Assembly: GCA_001643675.2 (NCBI GenBank)
Contig: LSRY02000034.1
Location: 682,001 to 746,000, forward strand
DNA: 64,000 bases
Direction: 5' to 3'
Source of the DNA: Monocercomonoides exilis PA203
Taxonomy: Eukaryota > Protista > Preaxostyla
The position numbers were made by a program, and so were the translations under genes. Below the pieces are notes generated by a model. The model was not told where the DNA came from. It saw nothing but the letters and a program-made list of their open reading frames with translations, and searched no databases. Positions 34,846-44,900 of this stretch are shown piece by piece. Positions within the stretch are counted from its first letter, which is position 1. Each line of letters opens with the position of its first letter.

Positions 34846-36291
34846 CTATCTCTCCATCCGGCTGAGTGCATCTGCTTCCGTGTTCTTCTCTCCCGGAAGA
34901 TGTTCCATTTGTATCGTAATGTCCAGGCTGTTCAGTTTCTTCTCCAATGCCCTCAGTGCTGGAATGAGCGATGGAACTTCCCTCTTCTTCTGTATCGTCC
35001 ATCTCGTGGACATGTTGTCTGTCTTCAGCCGAATCTGATCTTCCTTCTGTTGTTGCAGCCATGCTCCCATTCTCTCCAATGTCCTCAACACTGTTCTGGA
35101 CTCCTTCTCGTTTATCGCTAACGCACTCTCCCGGGGTGTCCAACTTCCGTGGACATAATTCTTCTCCTCTTTGTTCTCCCTCGGTATTGTTAACACTGCA
35201 CACCATCCCAGCTCTAACGCGTCTTTTATTAACTCTGCTGGTCTTGCTCTCTTCCTCAGACTCCTTTGTCTGTTCTCTTGCAGGGTTTTTCTCCAATGTG
35301 TTAATTCTCCCAGAATCATTGGGTTGACTTTTACCGTTCCCTTCCAGCCCCCGCAGGCTATCGCCTGCCTCAGCACGTATTGCATGCGCTTCATCTGCAA
35401 GCTTGCTGGTGTGCGTTGCAGTCTCACAAAATTCAGCCTCCCGAGGAGTGCTGCTAAGTCTCTCGTCTTTTGTCTCCTCCTCTCCTTTACATGTGCTATC
35501 CATTTTCGCACATCCTCCTTCAGCAGAACTGTCTTTCTCTCTTGGAGCGTCACTTCTATCTTCTCTGAATTCCACAGCCATCCCAGAAACTCCCCACTCC
35601 TTGTGGGTTCTAATTTCAGCTTCTCCTCCGACAGTATCCACACCAGATTTCTCTGGAACTGGGCTATCTCCTGTGAGATCGATCTCAATGCATCCCTGTC
35701 TGGGTGCATGAGGAGAATGTCGTCCAGATACATTACTAGCTTCACTTTCCACTGTCCTCTGATGAACGAGGCTACTCGTCTCATTATCTTCGTGAATACT
35801 CTGGGTGCGTCCTTTGCTCCAAATGGCATCCCTACGTAAGCGTAACATTGACTTTGAAAGCTGAAGCACAGATAGGGACTGAATTGCTCGTCCACTTTGA
35901 AATGTTGATAAGCACTCGATATGTCCGGAGTGGTCATCCAATCATTCTCTTCCAGGAGTTCCACCACTGTTTCCTGGGAATCCATCTTGAAGTGCTTTCC
36001 CTGTTCTTCCTCGTTTAATGCCATGCAATCCAAGATCTTTTTCCTCTTTCCGTTCTTCTTTAGAAACATGAATGTTGGGTTGAACCACTTCACCTCAGAC
36101 TCTGGCGCTAGCTTCACAACTCCGTCCTTCAATTCCTCCTCCAAGAGGGATAAATAATTGTTTGTCATCTCCGTTGTTCCCCGAAATTCTTGTCTGTGTT
36201 TTCTTTTTCGAGTGAGATTGGAGCCTAGGAACTCATCCATCGTGCTCTCACACCACGGCTCACTAACTTGACTCCCACAATCTTCTTCCAC
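34846..36291 (-). CDS. Reverse transcriptase-RNase H of the DIRS element (premature TAG before a frameshifted MT-like domain)
   Basis: RT: WFNPTF..KK.GK.KKILDC..LN, DISSAYQH, MPFG..DAP.VF, YLDDILL, FLGW. RNase H: KDALELGW (altered TDAS), INEKE, TDN, HLPGEKNTEADALSR. The downstream frame reads IVLVHPFL..ILILPAWRGQTW. Confidence 0.9.
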   Translation of the reverse strand: MEEDCGSQVSEPWCESTMDEFLGSNLTRKRKHRQEFRGTTEMTNNYLSLLEEELKDGVVKLAPESEVKWFNPTFMFLKKNGKRKKILDCMALNEEEQGKHFKMDSQETVVELLEENDWMTTPDISSAYQHFKVDEQFSPYLCFSFQSQCYAYVGMPFGAKDAPRVFTKIMRRVASFIRGQWKVKLVMYLDDILLMHPDRDALRSISQEIAQFQRNLVWILSEEKLKLEPTRSGEFLGWLWNSEKIEVTLQERKTVLLKEDVRKWIAHVKERRRQKTRDLAALLGRLNFVRLQRTPASLQMKRMQYVLRQAIACGGWKGTVKVNPMILGELTHWRKTLQENRQRSLRKRARPAELIKDALELGWCAVLTIPRENKEEKNYVHGSWTPRESALAINEKESRTVLRTLERMGAWLQQQKEDQIRLKTDNMSTRWTIQKKREVPSLIPALRALEKKLNSLDITIQMEHLPGEKNTEADALSRMER

Positions 36292-37881
36292 TCGTTCAGC
36301 CTATTCACTAGTCTCCGAAACAGTGGTTCCCTCAGTGGTCCAATTGCTACACGCCTCCTCACTTCTGGCGTCCTGATGCCATTCTGGATCTGCGTGTTCT
36401 CTTCTCCTTTGTGATTATCAACAATGGTTCTCTTTAACTCCCCCTTCTGATTGTACCCAATCGGGAATCTGATAGCAGTCTTAGAAGCTTTCGAACTCCT
36501 CTCCCGGTTCTCTTCTCGAAAAAAATCTCGCTCCTCTGTTTCATCACTCGGGGATATGCGGAGTCTTCTTCTGTGTTCTCTCTCCATGTTTCCGTCTCGT
36601 GGTCTCTCGGGATTTCTTGATCTTTCATCTTCTCTCGATCGGATGGACTCAGTGCCTCTTCGCTGTTCTCGCGGCGAAGCGCAGCTCTCTCTTCTTTCTC
36701 TGTCTCGCAGCAAAGCGCGACCACCTTCCCCCTCACTTCTTCTAGGCCCATTGGCTCGATCCAGAAGCTGTGCCTATTGCAAGTCCTCCCTGTATACTCG
36801 GGGAAGCTGGGGGGAGGGGAACTGTGATCTAGGCCACTCTCCCAGCTGATGCTGGGGCATGCTGTGGTAGGACTTGTGTTGATCTCCTTCTTTCCTTGAA
36901 ATTCGTGAAGCTCCCATCGAAGCCATGCTTTTGGAGTTTCCTGTAGGCGAAGCCTTGAGCGTTCCTGCCTGTGCTGTTCCTCCTTAAGCGTCCACTCCTG
37001 GAGGGGACAAAGCCGAAGGCTGTGAGAGAAGCGGGGAATGCTCCGTACACTGGAACATCCCACTCTGGACGAAAAAGCTAGTGCTCTCCACCAACCTCCT
37101 CAGGCTCTCTGGGACGTCCTTGGACGTTCCATCTTCAAGGAAGCACTTCACATTCTCTCAGTTTGACTGGGGTTTAACTATTCGTTGATTAATCCGGCTG
37201 ATACAGTCTGCAATCAGGGCATATGAGCAGAAAAGTCCCCTCAGTCGCTCCTTCTCTTCTTCATCCAAGTGCGTCTTCCTCAATTCTCTTGTTGCAAGGG
37301 CTGCAAATCGCCTTGGGAGCTTCAAACCCTGATTCCAGTGCGGGTTGAAGCAACTCGATGACCCGGGCGGCTTCTGGAGAATCCTTTCTTCCTTCAGCAG
37401 TGACCTTCGTCACCGCAAAGGCGTTCCAACTCGCATCAGTGTGTCTGGTGAAGAAGTTCTTTTCCGTTTCTGGAATAAACGTGTTTAAGATATCATCGTT
37501 TATAATAATCGATCCGACTTTACAGAATTCCATGAACTTCTTCAGCTCACCTGCCTGTCTCCTGGGCGTCAGCCATTCGTCTGTGAAAATTCACAAAAAG
37601 TCTTTTGATCTTTCCTGCTCTTCTTCCCGCTTTCCTGTTCTTCCGGAATCGCTCTCGCTGCTTTCCTCTTCGTCCCATCCCTTCATCTGATTACGTCCGC
37701 GACTGCCCCTCAATCGCTGTCTGTGTCTCTTCTTTGCGATCATCTCTGTATAACTAGTTTCTGACTCAGATTCGCTTGATCTCGACTGAGATCTTCTTCT
37801 TGGCCGTTCCCTCTTCATCTTTCTCGTTGGTATTATTCCTTCTGCTCCGGAGTGACTTAGTCCTCCTCTGTTCCTCGACAC
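36225..37881 (-). pseudogene. gag-like region of the DIRS element, frameshifted
   Basis: Several consecutive minus-strand ORF fragments lie upstream of the RT inside the element termini. The assignment is positional only. Confidence 0.5.
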
Positions 37882-38930
37882 TTCATCAATCCAATTTTCA
37901 ACTCTCTTGAGCCTTCAAACAAGATCAACGGTCTTCTCTTCGCTGTCACTGTCTGCCAAACGAACGGGATTTAGCGTCATCTCAACTGCGAACAATGTTC
38001 TGAACTAGAAGTTAATTCGATAGCGAAGTTTGATCTTAAACCACACATATTTTATGATCAAGACTCATTATTGAGGAGCAAACATGCTCCTTGCGTTCAT
38101 AGATTCGCTTTATTGCGAATTTCTGAGAGTTTATCCCACAAATTCAATTTTTCTGGAGTTTCAAATAAATTATTAAGTTTTCATCATTTCAAACATTGAA
38201 TAATCTCTTTTAATACTTCATCCTTTTAATTTTTTGTCCTTTTCTTAATGAAAGTTTTGGTCTTTTAATGCTTCAAAGAAAAAATTGTTTTTGTTCTGAA
38301 TATTTCTCAAAAAGAATGAGGTTTTTCTATTTCTTCTTCTTTCAAAGAAAAACACAGAAAAAGAAAATTCAAATGTGTTGAAATCTTCACAGATATAATT
38401 ATTACGGAATGAATTCAAAAGAAAATAAAAATTGAAGTGGTTTCAGATGAATCAAAAAGGGGTAAGATTGAATTATGAGATGTTTGAGTTACATGAATAC
38501 AAAAGTTGTGAATGAAAAGAAGAGGAATTAAAGGGCAACGACAACAAATGGCTGCCGGAAAAAAAGTTGAGAAAAAGAAGGAAAAAACTCTTTTTCAAGT
38601 TATTTCAAAGACATTTGAAAAACAAAATAAAAATCTCATGGAATAATTGTCAAAAAAACAAAGATTGATTTTTGGATTATGTTTTGGATAATTATCCAAA
38701 TCAGGTTTTCAGTGAAGCAACGATCCAATTGCAAATTCACTTCATGAAAAGCTCAAAAAAAAACAAGATTGAAGAGGAATTTCTGCTTCCTTTTCAATCT
38801 GGGTTTCACTCTTAATACTTGGTTGAACATTTCTTTTTTTTCAAATAGAAAATGGTTTGCTCGATTATTCGTCGGTTTTCACTTCAACTTTGATATTAGT
38901 CATTTCTCGGCTCATTCAGTTGGGAGTGTT

Positions 38931-41900
38931 TTAGCTGCTGATAAACATTATTTCTGAGGAGGTCAAAGATCCTGATTGCTCCTCTTTTGATTTTTCTCGA
39001 GATCCTTCTTGGTAGGTGACTGCATCAGACACTGTGAGAATCACGGCTCCAGCTGGGAATTTCTGGATGAATTCTCGTTTCAAATCACTCAGTGTTGGCC
39101 TTGCACTCTGTTTCTCACTCACCATCAATTTTATTAACTCACAAAAAGAAGAGATACCAATTGCGGCCATATCTGTCCTCTCTCCATTCACTATCTTCTG
39201 CCCAGCCACCTCTGCTTCATAATCACCAAACGGGATCTGGAGTGTCAGACACTCCCACAGCATCATCCCAATCGAGAATGAAACCGACTCTTTTGTTGCA
39301 TCCATATTTTTGTTGATCAGCAGCTCTGGTGCCTTCCACCTCAAACACTCTTTTTTGAAAAGTCCTTCATCCTCAAATACTAATGAGGGCAGAGAATCTT
39401 CATCGTCATCATCACTGGCAGAAGTTGCAACAGTCGATGATGAGACGGACGATGAATCAGAATCATCAGACAATAAGTCTGAATGCATGACAATGCAGAT
39501 GACCATATGCTCAGAGAACAGCACAATGTGCGGACTCAGATTGACCAGTGAAGATAATCCGTTTTCCATTTCGTCAAACGAGTGGAGTGCAAGATTGGCC
39601 ACCCAGAACAGGATCTGAGCAGCTGTCTGCTCCCTCTCCTGTAAAGTGCCAATTGCCATCTCCTTTGTTTTATTCCTTCCATGCAGCAGCATGAACAGCG
39701 AATCCCTCAAATCCACAATCAACTTCTCATGAGGAGACGAGCAGGCCATTGCATCCACCAGATTCGACATTGATGAGGTGGTTGGGCACAGATCCTCCCC
39801 TCTTACAAAAGTGGAATCTGAGTCAGTTGTTGAGGTGGATGAAATGGATGGAGAAGGTGTTCGCTTTCTTGTCTCTTCTTCTTCCTCCTTCTCATCCACC
39901 TTCTCCAGCGTCCACTCAGGGATCTTGTCTGAATCTCTTCCCAGAATATATTCTGTTGAGCCACTCTCAGATAGAAGATGTTCTGACGACTCTGAATGTC
40001 CCAAGCTTTTCGCATACACCCTCTTCTTAATCTTCTCCTCATTCTTCTTCTCTGCCTCTCTTTCGGCTCTCCTCCACTGCTCCTCAGGAGACATCTCCAT
40101 TGTTGTCATCTCAATCAGCTTTGGATCTTTTCTCACAGTATCATTCACAATCTCTCTCAGATCCTTCGCTTCATTCTTTGCCTTTCTCCATCTGACTGCA
40201 AGAATAACAGAAACGATAAGAACAATCAAAAACAGAACAACAAATATTACTGCAATTATAAGAGCCCATGATGATTTTCCTTCTTTTCCTCCCTCAGAAA
40301 TCCTTTCATCTCCATTCACCTTGGATTCACTTCTGTTCTTCAGAATCTGTGGAGAAGTCTCTGCCAATGGCTTACCAAACAAAATCATCACTAAAATCTC
40401 TGTTTCATCTTCGATGGTTGAAATATTTGCTGATGGGATTGTTCCAATCACTTCCGCTTCTGAAACAAAACTGTCTTCCTCAAAGGGATATGTCTCAACC
40501 AACTCCACATCTCCTGTTTTATACACAACTCTGAATGACAAATCGCAGGGCACAAAAAGAGATCCCTTGAATTTCACAACAACATTGCTGCCATTTTCAT
40601 TCACTGAAACATCTTCCAATTTGGGAATGAAAAATGGAGATGACCTTTCTCCTGCTATCCCTCTCAAATCACATCTATCATTCAAAATCCAAAGTGAAGA
40701 ATAATCCTTCACTCCATCTCCCCCTTTCAAGCTGGAAATGGTCAGTGATGCAGAATCTGAACAAATGATGTTTCGACGAAGAGAGGGATATTTTTCAATG
40801 AAAGGATTGTTGTTCAAAAACTCTCCTTTCTCAACCGTCACATCGCCTGCAGACACTGACAATCCACCTGATGAAGCATTCAATATTGTAATATATTTCA
40901 TCACCAGTGAAGAATTCGCTGAATGGACAAGCGATCCATTCCATTCACATATTTCTCCGAAATCGTTGTTTCTTTCACTTCCCCATTCTTTCGCAAGAAT
41001 TCCTTCAACTTCACACATGTGCATCGAAACATCTGCCGCATCGCGCACTTCTATAACGCTTCCTTTGCTTGACAGAGAATTACAGTCTGAACAGGAACAA
41101 TTGGAAAGAACAATTTGAACAGAAGTTGAAGAAGAAGAAAAAACAGAAGCTCCTTCTGAGTTCCTCGAACAGTTGTTGAATGAGGAACTTCCAATTGAAA
41201 TAGAACTTGAAGAAGAATCATTTATCGCAATTACGCAACCTTCAGACAATTTCACTCCATCTGCAGATACTCCATTCAATACAGCACTTCCATATTGTCC
41301 AATCTCAAATACATCTGTTGTTAATTCAATCTTTTCCAGTTTCATATTTGTGATTGAAACCTCATCTCCATTCAGAAGAAAATAAGGTTTCTTGAGCGAA
41401 AGCATTGATATTGAGCAGTTGTCAACATGAAGAATCCCTTTTGAAACGCTCAGCAAGGTTGAGTTGAGATCAAGAGGTTGATTGTTGTTTGACTCTCCAA
41501 CAGAAGAGAAGTCAACAAATAAAAGAGAAAGCTGGCCACTGAATTCATGAATGAGAGAATTGCCTGAATATGAAAATGACTGGTCAAAGTTGAATTTCAC
41601 ACTTTCAATCCGAACTTTCTCTGATGTTTTGAGAAGACTTCCATTTTTGCCAGCAATTGTTGAGTTCATATGCACCAAAGCGGATGAAGGAAATTCCAGC
41701 GAGCGGATGATCACATTCAAAGCATTGCTTTCTCCATTGATGATTGTTTCCTCCGACATCAAAAGCTGCGAATAAGATGATGGAATGATGTGTTGAACTC
41801 CTTCATTCATTGACTCACAAGGCTTACTGAACTCTCCACATTGCTTGCTATCTGCGTGATTATCCGCGATAGCTGAGACAAATATCGTCTCGCTCTGATA

Positions 41901-44900
41901 TTTCCCGACTCTCAGAAGAAGATCTTCTTCTCCCACAAATGAGTCTGTTGTGCAGCCCCATATCGCCAGCTCTTTCACATATGGTGTTCTAAAATCCAAA
42001 AGGAATTGTTCATCAACTATTTGTGTTTCAATTGAATGGCATCGAACATACACATCCCTTCCCCTCAATGCAGAGTTATCTCTGAACGTGATGTTGGATA
42101 ACACAAAATTCAGAGGCTGCTCAGCTGCTGAGATGCATTCCAGAAACAGCCACCCGCCTCTTCCTGTGCTCGAGCAGAAGCACTCAGAAATCGTGCAAAA
42201 TGAGCAGTCAAACATTCCTCCCTCATTCAACGCACAAAATATTCCACCTCCCTTTCTACACCTCGTTCCACCACACTTCTTCATCGTTGTGTTTCGAATC
42301 ACCATTTTCAATGGCTCATCAATATCCTCATCTCGGATGATCGGAATATCATCTGTTGCGTTTTGTGTAACTTCTTCGAATGAACTGCACTCAATTACAA
42401 TATCTTGTTCAGCTTCATTTTTTCCTCTCCCTGAGCTCTTTGCAACGCACAATCCACTTGCTCCTTCAAGCTCAATATTCTTCATCGTTAGATTTTTCAT
42501 ATTCAAAATAGTTGTTGAATGAACGGAAATAATATCTTGTGAAAAGCTAAGTGATTGAATTGCCACAAATTCAAACACAACTGTGCCTTCATCTGCCTCG
42601 ATCAACCCAAAGTTAATCATTTCTTCTTCTCTGCTTTCCTCATTTTTGCTGAATGAGCAGTCTTTCAGAGTCAATAGTCCTTCACTTGATCCAACATGCA
42701 TCAAATAGTTGACTCCACCTGTAAATGATGATGGAACAACAAAGTCAATTAGCTCGAAATCGGTAATTCCAGAAATCTTCATTGCTGCTTCTTCTGCTCC
42801 TTCAAGCGATGAGAGACACTCCAAAAAGCACATTTCTTCATCATCTGATTTTACTGAAATTCTACTGAGATCAACACATTTTTTAAGAATTCCTTTTCCA
42901 ATTATGTTGATATTTCTTTCATTTCCTTCAGGGAATCGATCCAATGAATAATCGATTGACAGGCATGGATAATCTGAAAGACCACAAATGCACACATCTT
43001 TTCCATCATTTCTGATAAATACCTCTGATCCAAGTGTGAACCAGAAATACACCATTGGAATAGCATTCGTTGTGTCATTCCCATCAAAGCCTCTCATGGA
43101 ATTTAATGAAATATCATCCAGATTCTCTGATACAAATGGAAGAGAGGTGTTTGTGATGCTCTTTGTCAAGTTGGATGATTCAACAAACAAGTCATTTCCA
43201 TATTTCGCAATATTTGGCTTATCTGCATCAAAAATTGGTGATGAGATAACAAACGAAGAATCATCATCAATCAACTTCAGCGCCATCCCTCCTCCAAATC
43301 CGATCTTCTCTTCATCAGCTGGTGCTGAACATCCTGTGAATGTGCATGAAATAATATCCAAATGTGTATTCCCTTTCAACTGAGCATATATTGCGCCTCC
43401 TCCGCTTTCATCAGAAAACACTGAGCATCTATCAAAATCACACTCTTCAATATTTATTTCTCCATTTGAATTTTCATCGTTGCTATTATCAATACTCACA
43501 CAGCCTCCACTTCCAGCTGCTCTTTCCATTTCTGAAAAAGTGCAGTTCGTCATGTTCAACCATTTGATGCTCATTGACTCGGTCTTTGTGCTGCTTCCAC
43601 ACAATGAGATCAATGGATTTCCATTCAAATCAATCGATGAAGCGGAAAACGTATCAATAGCCGAGGTTCCAGACTCAACAGATAAGAACAGAAATGTCAA
43701 TTCAGATGAATGATCTTGAAGGGAAAGAGAACAATGAGACAATGTCAGTTGTGAAGAAGATGATATGAAAGTTGAGTGAAGAGAAAACGAAGAAGGAAGA
43801 GAGAAGATGAGCTTTGATAATTCTGTTTCAACATTTGCTGTTATCATCGCTGAATTGATTGTTGAACTTGCATCGGAGACTGTCCAGCCACTTTGATCAC
43901 TATTTCCTCTGATTTCATGTTTTTGTTCTTCAAATGCCAATTCATCACTCATCATAATCATTCCACTCACAGTCACTTTCTTTGTTTCTGTTTGACGTTT
44001 GATGGAGTGCTTCATTGTCAAACAAGGGAATTCAACAATTCCACAATGAGAATGATCATATGCCTTTGTATTGCTCACAAAGATTTCTTCTGGGGTGGAA
44101 AAGAGATAGATACACAGAGGGATAGCCAAACTATTGTTTCCCTTGTCGTATCCTCTCACCTTGTCAAAAGAATCCAATGAGGCTGTGATACAAGAGATCT
44201 TTTGTGACTTTGTCGTTTCTTCCAGATTCGGAGAAAAAACAAAGATATCTTTTCCCCACTTAGCTGCGTTTGTTCCGAATGAAGAAGAGATCAGAAAATT
44301 GGGATTTTCGTTCAATAACCGAAGAAGGATTCCTCCCCCAAATCCATATGTTGCAGAGCAATAGCACCCGTCAAAAGATCCACCTTTCACTTTCACTTCA
44401 TTTTCACTCCCAACACATAGCATCATTGATCCTCCATCAGTAGATGTTGTGCTTCCACATCCCAAAAATGAACAAGAATCAAGATTCATGTTAACCTTGT
44501 CATTGGAAAATGACATCACAGACGCTCCGCTTGTTGTTCTCTCAATCCCATCAAAGGCACACTCTGAAAGTGCCAATGAAATCTCATTTGTTGAAGAAAG
44601 CGAAAACAGTGAATTTGTGGAAATCGTCTTTGCCCAGTTCACATGTTCCATCTGAAACATCCCATTCTGCACATTTATCAGTTCTGTCGAAAATGCTGTT
44701 TCTATTGATTGTCCGCTCCCAAAAGATATGTTCAGTCTGCTGATGCTCATTCCTCCTGCTCCACTTATCTCAAACAGCCTTGACCCACGGTTATTCGGAT
44801 GTGACGAGTCATGCACAACAACAAAGTCTCTGGCAGTCAATGTGCCTGTCGAGACCGAAAATAGAGACAGCCCAGATGCTTCAAATTCTGTGTGGATTGC

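Larger units (their letters stand above)
32162..38122 (-). mobile_element. Full-length but decayed DIRS1-type retrotransposon (about 5.96 kb) with inverted termini and an internal complementary region (ICR)
   Basis: Order is gag-like, RT/RH, MT-like, YR on the minus strand. ICR 32823-32920: one half is inverted-complementary to 32178-32204 and the other to 38061-38116. The termini share the inverted motif ACTCATTATxxxGGAGCAAAC. End coordinates are accurate to within a few bp. Confidence 0.88.
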
